From positions 18,033 through 82,032 of the forward strand of contig JAJRZA010000050.1 in the NCBI GenBank assembly GCA_024275485.1: a stretch of 64,000 bases of DNA, in the 5' to 3' direction. Numbering within the stretch: the stretch's first letter is position 1; each line of letters begins with the position of its first letter. Source of the stretch: Candidatus Krumholzibacteriota bacterium. Its GTDB lineage: Bacteria > Krumholzibacteriota > Krumholzibacteriia > LZORAL124-64-63. Shown piece after piece: positions 10,141 through 18,354 of this stretch. The notes beneath the pieces are model-generated. The model was not told the origin of the DNA, made no database searches, and was given only the letters and a program-made list of their open reading frames with translations. Both the position numbers and the translations under genes were made by a program.

Positions 10141-11844
10141 CTATTTCCCCAACATTTCCTGCAACCGGTCAATCTCTACCTGAATTGCTTCCTGTTCAAG
10201 TTTGGGGAACAGAATTTCCTGTTTACCCAGTTGCCGACCCGAAGGGATATTCCGGTTCCCCTCTTGCCAGCCACCAACCCACAAATCGCTTTCCATTCCC
10301 AACCACCCCCACAATTTTTCCATTCCGAATGGCACAACTGGCGCCAGCATCATGCACAGTTGGCGGAGAATCTGGATGGTCACACCGAGACTGTGGCCGC
10401 AGCGTTCCATATCGGTTTTACGACTCAAAAAAGGTGCGGAATCGGTGAAATACGTATTACCCACATTGCCAGCATGGAAACAAGTTTCCAGGGCAGCCTT
10501 GATTTCAAACTTTTCCATATGGCCGGCCCATTTTTCGAGGTCAGTGGCCACTTCTTCCAACGCGTCGCGGTCCAGATCGGTCATCATCTCTTCGGACCAC
10601 TCGGGAACCCGACCTCCAAAATATTTGTGGATGAAGGTGAAAATCCGGTTGATCAGATTGCCAAAATTATTTCCCAACTCGCCGTTGTTGCGGGCCAGGA
10701 AAACTTCCCAGGTGAAGTTCATGTCTCGGGATTCAGGCAGGTTGCGGGCCAGGGTGTAGCGCAGGGGATCTGGACTGAACTTCTCCAGGTAGTCAGGCAA
10801 CCAGACGGCAAAACCGCGGCTGGTGGACAGCTTTTGTCCTTCGAGATTCAAAAACTCGTTGGCCGGGACATTGTCCGGTACGATGTAGTCCTCGCTGTGG
10901 GCCATGAGAATGGCAGGAAACAGCAGGGCGTGGAAAAAAATGTTGTCCTTGCCGATGAAGTGGACCAAGCGGGTGTCCGGGCTCTGCCACCAGGTTCTCC
11001 AGGCTTCCGGTTTTCCGTTTTCGGCGGCCCATTCGATGGTGGCGGAGATGTAGCCGATGGGAGCTTCGAACCAGACAAACATGACCTTTCCCTCATGATC
11101 GGGGAGAGGCACCGGCACGCCCCAGCCCAGATCACGGGTCATGGCCCGGTCCAGCAGACCATCGGCAAACCAGCCATGGCAGTATCGTAAAACATTGTCT
11201 TTCCACTCGGGATGGCGGCCGAGAAAGTCTTTCAGTTTCTCCTGCCAATCACCAAGGGGCAGGAACCAGTGGGTGGTTTCGCGCAACTCCAGAGGGCTGT
11301 TGTCCAGAACGCTGCGAGGGTCGATCAGTTCGGTGGGGTCGTGGGTTGACCCGCATTCTTCGCATTGGTCGCCGCGGGCCTCTTCATTGCCGCACTTGGG
11401 ACAAGTGCCTTCAATGTAGCGGTCGGCCAGGAACCGCTTCTGGCTGGAACTGTAGAATTGTTCGGTGGTTTTCTGGATAAAAACGCCCTGGTCATGCAGG
11501 TCCGTGAAGAAGGCTTGGGCTGTCTGGGTGTGGACCTCACGGCTAGTTTGACTGAAATTGTCAAAGCTCATGCCGAAGCCCTCAAAGCTCTTTTTGATGG
11601 ATGCGTAATTGCGATCCACCAGTTCCTTGGGGCTGATGCCCACCCTTTCCGCCGTCAGGGTGATGGGCACGCCATACTCGTCACTGCCGCAAATATACAG
11701 CACCTCCTCGCCACGCAGGCGCAGGTAACGCACATAAATATCGGCAGGCAAATATGCCCCGGCCAGATGACCCAGGTGGATCTCACCGTTGGCATAAGGC
11801 AGGGCGCTGGTCACAAGGGTCCGTTTGAAGCTGGCGGAACTCAC
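10141..11844 (-). CDS. metG: Methionine--tRNA ligase (short form, no C-terminal tRNA-binding domain)
   Basis: TSALPYANG..HLGH (HIGH motif), Zn-knuckle CPKC/CEEC, FIGKDN, KLSTS (KMSKS motif). Confidence 0.97.
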   Translation of the reverse strand: MSSASFKRTLVTSALPYANGEIHLGHLAGAYLPADIYVRYLRLRGEEVLYICGSDEYGVPITLTAERVGISPKELVDRNYASIKKSFEGFGMSFDNFSQTSREVHTQTAQAFFTDLHDQGVFIQKTTEQFYSSSQKRFLADRYIEGTCPKCGNEEARGDQCEECGSTHDPTELIDPRSVLDNSPLELRETTHWFLPLGDWQEKLKDFLGRHPEWKDNVLRYCHGWFADGLLDRAMTRDLGWGVPVPLPDHEGKVMFVWFEAPIGYISATIEWAAENGKPEAWRTWWQSPDTRLVHFIGKDNIFFHALLFPAILMAHSEDYIVPDNVPANEFLNLEGQKLSTSRGFAVWLPDYLEKFSPDPLRYTLARNLPESRDMNFTWEVFLARNNGELGNNFGNLINRIFTFIHKYFGGRVPEWSEEMMTDLDRDALEEVATDLEKWAGHMEKFEIKAALETCFHAGNVGNTYFTDSAPFLSRKTDMERCGHSLGVTIQILRQLCMMLAPVVPFGMEKLWGWLGMESDLWVGGWQEGNRNIPSGRQLGKQEILFPKLEQEAIQVEIDRLQEMLGK

Positions 11845-11910
11845 AGGCTGGCCTCCGGGTCAGGCGTTTTACAGTTCTGAATATGAAGGGAATCTAACTC
11901 AACACGGGAA

Positions 11911-13668
11911 CTATATCAACTGATCCAACGGGGCCAGGTTCCGCGTCCCGTAAACAAATTTCTCCAGCCATGGCCTACAGTCAACACCAGTGACGGCCAG
12001 CACGGCTTCTTCCAGGGCCAACCTGCTGAACCCCTCATCACTCCGGTTCTCATAGAGATAGCGTAATACCTCATCAAGAGGTCGCACCATACTGCTCTGC
12101 CGGGACAACCACTGGTCCAGGGCCACGCTCGCGGCCACCCCACCAGCGTAGGCGAAACGCACCAGTTCCGGGTCGCCCATGACATCGGCAGCCGCATCGG
12201 CAATGGAAATCTCCCCTCGCCAGGGGCTCTTGACATAGTCCCGGTTCAAGCGATCGGTCAGAACCTGTCGGGCATGTTGTGGTGTCCAAATCCCGGCGGC
12301 GGAGAGCATGCGCGCCGAATACCAGGTGGTGGCTCCTTCGGTGAACCAAAGTGTGGATGGGTCTACCTGGGTGATGGCTTCACCCAGCCAGCCATGGAAC
12401 ATTTCGTGGGCGATGACGCTGGCTGCTTGCTCTTCGAGCATGCCCCAAGTGGTTTCCGGGCTGATCATGACCAGAACCGAGCTGCCGGTGTGAACACCAT
12501 AAACATCAAATCCCTCGGCTGCCCGGATCTCGTTGGCCGACAACAAAACGGTGATTTGCTCCGTGGGAGAAGAACCAAAAAACCCCATTTCCGTGCGTGC
12601 GATCCGGCGGATCAAGTCGAGGGCGTCGTGGTCGCTGAAAAGCCAGTTTTGATCGGTGGCGAACTGAATCACGCATTCCTTGGCCTGGCTGTTGAGGGTT
12701 CGGATGTTGCCGCAGACCATCAGTGCGTTGTTCAGGTCCGCCAGGTCATGGGGATGGTAGAACAGGTTCATGGGGACGGGTGCTACCGCGCCGGAATGGT
12801 TCTGTGCCCCGTCGTCCCGAGAACTTGCCGTTATCAGGCCTGGAGCAGGGTTGTATCCTTGACCATACCCCAGGTGGGCGTCGGCAAGAGGTCCCGCTGA
12901 ATGGTTGCTTTCCCGGGGGGTGTTCTTGACCAAAGCCGGCCAAGGCACCAAAACCGACAATCTTGCGGGATTGTAAACTGAAACAGTGATGTCTTTCACC
13001 TCGGCGTTGGTCGGTTGCAGAAAAACCTCGAACCCGGCAAATCGCACGCCGCCACTTACGGGAGTGGAAATGAATTTCCGAATGTCCATTTCATTGGACT
13101 TGGCCTTGGTCAGGTCCACGCGGTAGATGAATCCAGCCCGGGTCAAGCCTCGGGTGCCGAGACGCCAGCCGTTGGAGGTTTGGTCCACGGTCAGGGGGCG
13201 GCCAATCATTCCGTTTTCTTCCAGGGCATGGGCCGAGGGGCGCAGAAGTTTTCGGCCATACTGGGCAATGCCGAAAATACCGGGTGGGTATTCAAGATCC
13301 ATTTGGGGGGGCAATTTACCTTCGGCAATGAGAGTTACAATGACCGTCCCTTGGGCCGCTTCGCTCAAATCAATTTCATAAGTCAGCACCAGGGGGTCTC
13401 CCGGCAGTTGTTGGTAAGCTCGCCAACCAAAGACGCCCAGGGCCGGCAACAGCAACAAAAGCAGCAGCCCGCGAAGAGCCAGGCTATTGCCTTGATGCTG
13501 GTCTTGTGAGCGGGAAGGGAGCCTCGTTTCCTCTTCGTCAACAAAGGTTCCCATACGGCGGGCCTTGTAACGTTGCAATGCGGTTTGCGACTTCCCAGCC
13601 AAACTATAACTTCCTCTGCACGGTTCGGCGGTGGCGCCGGTTCCTTGTTGTTCCTTGTTGTTCCCCAT
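11911..13668 (-). CDS. Membrane-anchored M61/M1-type gluzincin aminopeptidase
   Basis: IAHEMFHGW followed by WFTEGATTWY; one N-terminal TM helix; no PDZ domain evident. Confidence 0.75.
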   Translation of the reverse strand: MGNNKEQQGTGATAEPCRGSYSLAGKSQTALQRYKARRMGTFVDEEETRLPSRSQDQHQGNSLALRGLLLLLLLPALGVFGWRAYQQLPGDPLVLTYEIDLSEAAQGTVIVTLIAEGKLPPQMDLEYPPGIFGIAQYGRKLLRPSAHALEENGMIGRPLTVDQTSNGWRLGTRGLTRAGFIYRVDLTKAKSNEMDIRKFISTPVSGGVRFAGFEVFLQPTNAEVKDITVSVYNPARLSVLVPWPALVKNTPRESNHSAGPLADAHLGYGQGYNPAPGLITASSRDDGAQNHSGAVAPVPMNLFYHPHDLADLNNALMVCGNIRTLNSQAKECVIQFATDQNWLFSDHDALDLIRRIARTEMGFFGSSPTEQITVLLSANEIRAAEGFDVYGVHTGSSVLVMISPETTWGMLEEQAASVIAHEMFHGWLGEAITQVDPSTLWFTEGATTWYSARMLSAAGIWTPQHARQVLTDRLNRDYVKSPWRGEISIADAAADVMGDPELVRFAYAGGVAASVALDQWLSRQSSMVRPLDEVLRYLYENRSDEGFSRLALEEAVLAVTGVDCRPWLEKFVYGTRNLAPLDQLI

Positions 13669-13770
13669 TGTGCCTCAGGGTGTCTCTGATCAAAAAACGA
13701 TGCAACAGACGTGCCGCAGTGGTAAGGTCTTGCAAAACAGGATAGGTGTTTTTGGGAAAGGGAATACGCA

Positions 13771-14583
13771 ATGGATTTAGGACTCAAGGGAAAGACGGCC
13801 TTGGTCATGGCGGGCAGCCGTGGATTTGGTCGGGCCGTGGCATTGGAGTTGGCAGCTGAAGGTGCCAAGGTGGCTCTGTGTGCGAGGAACGCCGAAGACC
13901 TGGCCACCACTGCAGAGGAGGTTCGCTCTGTGGGCCAGGAGGCCTGGGGGGAAATGGCCGGAGCGGTGTTGGCGCAACCCCTTGATGTAACCGATGACCA
14001 GGCCGTGCGGGACTTTGTAAGTCTCACCCAATCCGACTTGGGCTCGGTGGACATCATGCTGGTCAACGCCGGCGGGCCACCCGCTGGAAATTTCGAAGAT
14101 CTGGATGAACATGACTGGAAGGTTGCCTACGAACTGACTCTCGAAAGTTCGGTGCGGCTTTGCAAACTTGTTTTGCCAGGGATGAAATCGAGGGGTTGGG
14201 GGCGAATTGTCCAGATCACTTCCGTGAGTGTGGTGCAGCCGGTGGAAAACCTGATGCTTTCCAGTGTCCTGCGTCCGGCGGTGCATGCTCTCACCAAAAC
14301 TCTTTCCGATGAAGCGGCGCCCTTTGGAGTGACCGTCAATTCCATTGCGCCGGGGTTTCACAACACCAGTGCTGTGCAGCGTCTGATCGCTAAGAAAGTG
14401 GAGCAAACGGGATGCGCCCCTGAGGATGTGATTGCCGGCTGGACCAAGGAAATTCCAGTTGGGCGTTTGGGGGAACCCGAAGAGTTGGCAGCTCTTATCC
14501 TGTTTCTGATGTCCAAACGGGCGAGTTATCTCACGGGACAATGCCTGGTTTCGGACGGCGGGTGGGTCAAAAAAACATTCTAA
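13771..14583 (+). CDS. SDR family oxidoreductase (3-oxoacyl-ACP reductase-like)
   Basis: AGSRGFG, NAGGPP, TVNSIAPG, GRLGEPEE and SYLTG motifs. Confidence 0.9.
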   Translation: MDLGLKGKTALVMAGSRGFGRAVALELAAEGAKVALCARNAEDLATTAEEVRSVGQEAWGEMAGAVLAQPLDVTDDQAVRDFVSLTQSDLGSVDIMLVNAGGPPAGNFEDLDEHDWKVAYELTLESSVRLCKLVLPGMKSRGWGRIVQITSVSVVQPVENLMLSSVLRPAVHALTKTLSDEAAPFGVTVNSIAPGFHNTSAVQRLIAKKVEQTGCAPEDVIAGWTKEIPVGRLGEPEELAALILFLMSKRASYLTGQCLVSDGGWVKKTF

Positions 14584-14609
14584 ATAACAAAATAATGCCT
14601 CTGGTCGGC

Positions 14610-14637
14610 TTGACAGAAGAAGTTCCTTTCCTATCTT
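14610..14637 (+). promoter_or_regulatory. Putative sigma70 promoter (TTGACA-N16-TATCTT) for the small-gene pair
   Basis: Consensus -35 in an AT-rich intergenic region. Confidence 0.45.
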
Positions 14638-14716
14638 ACTATCAATAAAGTATGCAATTAAATAATCTCGGTGTTGGCAGTTTTAATTCCTTCACAGGGT
14701 ATCAGGGAGTTCGTGC

Positions 14717-14902
14717 ATGAAAGAACTGATCATATTTGTGGTCTTCTACTTCGTCTTGGTGAAATTTATTTTTCCCAAGATGGGATTGAAGCCCGGTTGA
14801 GGTCCAAATGCGTGCTCGATCGGTGATCGAGATTCGTCGGACCCAACCCCAGGTTCCTCAAAAACCGCAGGTTCCGCTCCGGAGCCCCAAAAACTGGATT
14901 GA
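14717..14902 (+). CDS. Candidate 61-aa membrane selenoprotein MKELIIFVVFYFVLVKFIFPKMGLKPG-U-GPNACSIGD...QKLD (27 aa if UGA is a stop)
   Basis: RBS AGGGAG at 14704-14709 and ATG at 14717; hydrophobic TM segment; in-frame TGA 14798-14800; frame stays open to TGA 14900-14902; SECIS-like hairpin follows the UGA. Absent from the ORF track. Confidence 0.65.
14801..14843 (+). other. SECIS-like stem-loop 1
   Basis: Upper stem CTCGATC/GATCGAG (perfect) with apical loop GGT 21 nt after the UGA; lower stem GGTCC/GGACC. Confidence 0.6.
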
Positions 14903-14919
14903 AAGCTGGAGGTGGCGCA

Positions 14920-15138
14920 GTGCCGCTTTACGAATTCACCTGCAAAAAATGCGGGCAAAATTTTGAAGAGCTGATGACCTTGGCTGAATTGAACGACGGC
15001 AAGTTGAAGTGTCCTGCCTGTGATTCGAAACGCCTTGAGCGGGGATTCTCGGCGTTTGCCACTGGAAGCAGCGGTGTCGGTGGGAGTTTTGCCGGCGGAA
15101 GCCCAGATTGCGGCAGCGGCGGATTCACCTGAGGCTAG
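14920..15138 (+). CDS. FmdB-family zinc-ribbon protein, probably ending ...CGSGGFT-U-G (ends at 15132 if UGA is a stop)
   Basis: RBS GGAGG and GTG at 14920; MPLYEFTCKKC...CPACDS; Gly-rich tail; TGA-GGC-TAG at 15130-15138. Confidence 0.85.
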
Positions 15139-15143
15139 AAAAA

Positions 15144-15168
15144 TTCTGGTAGCCGTGTGTTGCCGGAA
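15144..15168 (+). other. SECIS-like stem-loop 2
   Basis: 10-bp stem TTCTGGTAGC/GTTGCCGGAA (three G-U pairs) starting 11 nt after the UGA; loop CGTGT 21 nt after the UGA. Confidence 0.45.
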
Positions 15169-15221
15169 AAAATAATGATAATAACTCCACAGCCTCTTGG
15201 CTCTGGAGTTTTATTTTGAAT

Positions 15222-16145
15222 TCAACACGGTCGGTTTTTCAGGCGATCACGGGCCACATCTCCCAACCGGCTGCCGAAGTACATCACCAGCCAGCCGAGG
15301 AGCAGTCCGGCAAATACGTCGACCACATAATGATACCGGTTGTAAACGGTGCTCATGCAAAGGAGCACGAAAATCGTTGTCATCCACCAACGATGCCGTG
15401 GGAAAAGTTTCCAGGTGTGCCACCAGGGAACCATGGAAGCGGCTACATGACTGCTGGGGAAGGCAGCCCCCAGAATGGCTCCATTTTCGTGAATATGTCG
15501 CATGATGTCAGTGAAAATCCAACCGCCCACATCCACATATCCTGCCTTGAAATACTTGGGGCCCCAGGCGGGGAACAGCGTGTAGAGCGTATAGCAGATG
15601 AGCATGGTGGTGCCGAGATCGCGAACGAAAGCCCGCACCGCATCCCACCGCTGGTCATCGGCCAGACCCTTGGCCCGCAAGGCAAGGGCGATAAATGAAA
15701 CAGCAAGGAAGTAGTAGGAAAAATAGGCAAACTCCATCAACTCGTGAAACCAGGCCCAAGGCCATACCCGCGACCATTCCAGGCTGGGTTGGAAACCGAA
15801 TATTGCCTGTTCAATTTTGATCAGGGCCGGATCAAGGCTGTTCTCGAATTCAAAAAATACCAATCCCAGGTATTCCATTTCGCCATAGAAAAATGGGAAG
15901 AGCAGCGGCAGGTAAATTTCCCCCAGCAGTCGCAATACAAAGTGACGGCTGCAACGCAGCATGGGTGGGAGGAACCAAACCCCCAGGGATAGACCAGCAT
16001 GCACAGCCATGTTAACCCATGGTTTGGGAGAAACGCCCGGTCGCAGGAAGGGATAAAAGGCACTGACCAGAAGATAGACCACCACCCAGCGGTCCATGTT
16101 CATGCGCCGGAGGGAAAGTTCAACAAGGGTTCGTCGCCAGGTCAA
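15222..16145 (-). CDS. PAP2-superfamily membrane phosphotransferase, Aur1/inositol-phosphorylceramide-synthase-like
   Basis: Multi-TM; FPAWGP, AAFPSSHV and STVYNRYHYVVD motifs; TTG start overlaps the upstream stop. Confidence 0.8.
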   Translation of the reverse strand: MTWRRTLVELSLRRMNMDRWVVVYLLVSAFYPFLRPGVSPKPWVNMAVHAGLSLGVWFLPPMLRCSRHFVLRLLGEIYLPLLFPFFYGEMEYLGLVFFEFENSLDPALIKIEQAIFGFQPSLEWSRVWPWAWFHELMEFAYFSYYFLAVSFIALALRAKGLADDQRWDAVRAFVRDLGTTMLICYTLYTLFPAWGPKYFKAGYVDVGGWIFTDIMRHIHENGAILGAAFPSSHVAASMVPWWHTWKLFPRHRWWMTTIFVLLCMSTVYNRYHYVVDVFAGLLLGWLVMYFGSRLGDVARDRLKNRPC

Positions 16146-17149
16146 AGCCAATCCTGTTCCTTGAAGAAGTCCATGGTGTTGGCAAATCCGGTGAGAGCCG
16201 AGTATTTGGGTTGCCAACCGGTTGTGGTGCTCAAAAGGGAACCGTCACAAACCCAGCCGGAGGTTTCCAGGTCCCTGATCCGGTCCGGGTTCAGGACGGG
16301 AGACGAGATGGCTCGGCCGCGACCCAGCAAAGAGCTACTGATTTTCAACAACACCAACGGCACCTGGAGAGTTCGGATTTTTTTCCCCGTGGTCGAACTC
16401 AGGATATCGGCCAGCTCCTGCCAATTGTATCCGGTGTGGAGGTCATCCACAAAATATGTTCCTGTAGCCTGGTCACACTGCATCAGGGCCACGGCGGCGG
16501 CGGCGGCATCCCAACCATGAACCAGACTCAATCCGGTCATTGATTTTCCCAGTCTGGCAGTGATGCCTCTGGTTGCTGCCTTGAAAAGGGGCAGGAATTC
16601 CTTGTCACGGGGGCCATAAAGTGAGGGCGGACGCAATATGGCACGGCGGAAACTCCATTCGGACCCGTTTACGGCCAACTCTGCGGCCAATTTGCTGCGC
16701 CCGTAGGCGGTGATGGGAGCTGGGGAGTTGCTTTCCACGGCCGGGTTATCCAGGCCTGCAGGTCCGTGGGCGGCCATGCTGGATATAAGTACAAAAGCAG
16801 GGTCGTCGCACTGCTCTTTCCAGGTCAGCTCGGCTCGGGCGAGCAAATTTTCGGTTGTTCGAACATTGGCACGTTGGTACTGCTGCTCACCGGTAGCAGT
16901 GACCAAGCCGGCACAGTGGATCAATCCGCTGCTGCCGGACAAAAATGAATCGCAGGATTTTGCATTCTCAAGATCCACTATAGTCGTCTCAATGTCTTTG
17001 CCTTCTAGCCAGCGAAGATTGCTCGTTTGCCGGATAGAGGCCCGAACGGCAAAGCCCTTGGCCAGCAGAATGTCGGCAACATGACTGCCCAAAAACCCCG
17101 AGGCCCCGGTCAGGGCGATCACGGGTTTGCTTCCGGAATGCCCGCTCAT
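16142..17149 (-). CDS. NAD-dependent epimerase/dehydratase-family reductase (ceramide reductase CerR-like by context)
   Basis: TGASGFLG, YGRSK (YxxxK) and RPPSLYGPRD motifs; coupled to the cerS-like gene. Confidence 0.8.
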   Translation of the reverse strand: MSGHSGSKPVIALTGASGFLGSHVADILLAKGFAVRASIRQTSNLRWLEGKDIETTIVDLENAKSCDSFLSGSSGLIHCAGLVTATGEQQYQRANVRTTENLLARAELTWKEQCDDPAFVLISSMAAHGPAGLDNPAVESNSPAPITAYGRSKLAAELAVNGSEWSFRRAILRPPSLYGPRDKEFLPLFKAATRGITARLGKSMTGLSLVHGWDAAAAAVALMQCDQATGTYFVDDLHTGYNWQELADILSSTTGKKIRTLQVPLVLLKISSSLLGRGRAISSPVLNPDRIRDLETSGWVCDGSLLSTTTGWQPKYSALTGFANTMDFFKEQDWL

Positions 17150-18270
17150 GCCAGGGGCATCTCGTATATGCGATAAGTTTTGTAGACCTGGGCGCCATAA
17201 CTCTCAAGAATGCGATTCATGGTCCTGTTGTCATCCAGGATCCAGGACAATTCTCCTGAGGTGATGCCTTTGGCAAACGTGGCCTGCATGGCGGTGTAGA
17301 CCAGGGCCAGGTCCACACCCTTTCTTCGATACTCGGGCAGTACACCCATCAACGGCATGCGTGCATAGTTGATATGGCGTTTGGCGAGCAGAAATTTCAG
17401 CCAACCGAAAGGATACATTTTTCCCTTCATGGGTTGAGTGGCCTGATTGAAATCCGGGAGGGTCAGGGCGAAACCGATGGGTTTATCGTCCATCTCAGCT
17501 ATCAGGACAAATTCCGGGTCAACCATGCTTTTCATATCCTTGGCGCTATAGGCAAAATCTTCGTCATCCATGGGGATGAAGCCCCAGTTTTCACTCCAGC
17601 TGCCGTTGTAAAGGGCCCGAATCAGGCTGGCTTCCTCCTGGAAGTTTTTCATGTCCAAGGGACGAATCTTCAGGCCGGGTAGGTTGATGATGCGGTCAAT
17701 AAAACGTTGAATTTTCTCAGGCAGGATGCCGTCGGTCTCCAAGTGCCAGGCCAGAAGATCCTTGGCTTGGCTCATGCCGAATTCCTCAAAGTTTGTGGGG
17801 TAGTATTCCGGATTGTAGGGCATGCCCACCACCGGACGGTTGCGCAGGCCTTCAATCTGCACACCAAACCAGTCATGATTGGAGGTGAAACAACCAGGAC
17901 CGCGCATGGTGGTCATGCCTCTGGCGGCAATCCAGTCGCAGGCTGTTTGCAACAGCAGGCCGGCCAGCTGGGGGTTGTCGTCAGCTTCATAGAAACCGAA
18001 GAACCCTACTTTTTCATGGTGATGGTCGTTGTGGTACTTGTCCACCGCAGTGGCGATGCGCCCGACCACTGAGCCGGCGTTGTCGCGAGCCACCCAGAGT
18101 TCGGCTTCGGCATGGTTGAAAAAAGGGTTCTTCTGACGATCGAAGAAGTGTTTCAAATCGTCCAGCAGGGGGTAGACATAGTTTGGATCGTCATGGTAAA
18201 TGTGGTAGGGAAGTTGCAGGAAATCATCAAGCCCCTGTTTGTTTTGGACCTTGGAAATGGTGAACGACAT
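17146..18270 (-). CDS. cerS: GNAT-family N-acyltransferase, bacterial ceramide synthase-like
   Basis: GFFGFYE, MRGP, MPYNPEYY, ENWGFIP, GVLPEYRRKG and ELSWILDDN motifs; RBS AGGAGG; directly downstream of spt. Confidence 0.72.
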   Translation of the reverse strand: MSFTISKVQNKQGLDDFLQLPYHIYHDDPNYVYPLLDDLKHFFDRQKNPFFNHAEAELWVARDNAGSVVGRIATAVDKYHNDHHHEKVGFFGFYEADDNPQLAGLLLQTACDWIAARGMTTMRGPGCFTSNHDWFGVQIEGLRNRPVVGMPYNPEYYPTNFEEFGMSQAKDLLAWHLETDGILPEKIQRFIDRIINLPGLKIRPLDMKNFQEEASLIRALYNGSWSENWGFIPMDDEDFAYSAKDMKSMVDPEFVLIAEMDDKPIGFALTLPDFNQATQPMKGKMYPFGWLKFLLAKRHINYARMPLMGVLPEYRRKGVDLALVYTAMQATFAKGITSGELSWILDDNRTMNRILESYGAQVYKTYRIYEMPLA

Positions 18271-18295
18271 GTTGCCTCCTGAATCCTTCTTTTGC

Positions 18296-18322
18296 AAAAA
18301 TGGGCGGCCCATTGGACCGCCC
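18296..18322 (-). terminator. Intra-operon terminator-like hairpin between spt and cerS
   Basis: Minus strand GGGCGGTCC-AAT-GGGCCGCCC followed by ATTTTT. Confidence 0.5.
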
Positions 18323-18354
18323 GAAATTCCCACTGACCGCAGAAAGGGCGGAGT

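Noticed and set aside
10033-11190. 385-aa plus-strand ORF and similar long antisense ORFs (e.g. 31133-32176, 43723-44823, 51721-52833, 54327-55325)
   Set aside because: They are shadows of well-supported genes on the opposite strand, show no motifs, and are expected from GC/codon bias.
10141-11844. metG truncation as a pseudogene
   Set aside because: Short MetRS forms lacking the C-terminal domain are a known architecture, and all catalytic motifs are intact.
13771-14583. SDR as 3-ketosphinganine reductase of the sphingolipid cluster
   Set aside because: It is on the opposite strand, in a separate transcription unit, and has SxxxR instead of YxxxK; nothing links it to the cluster.
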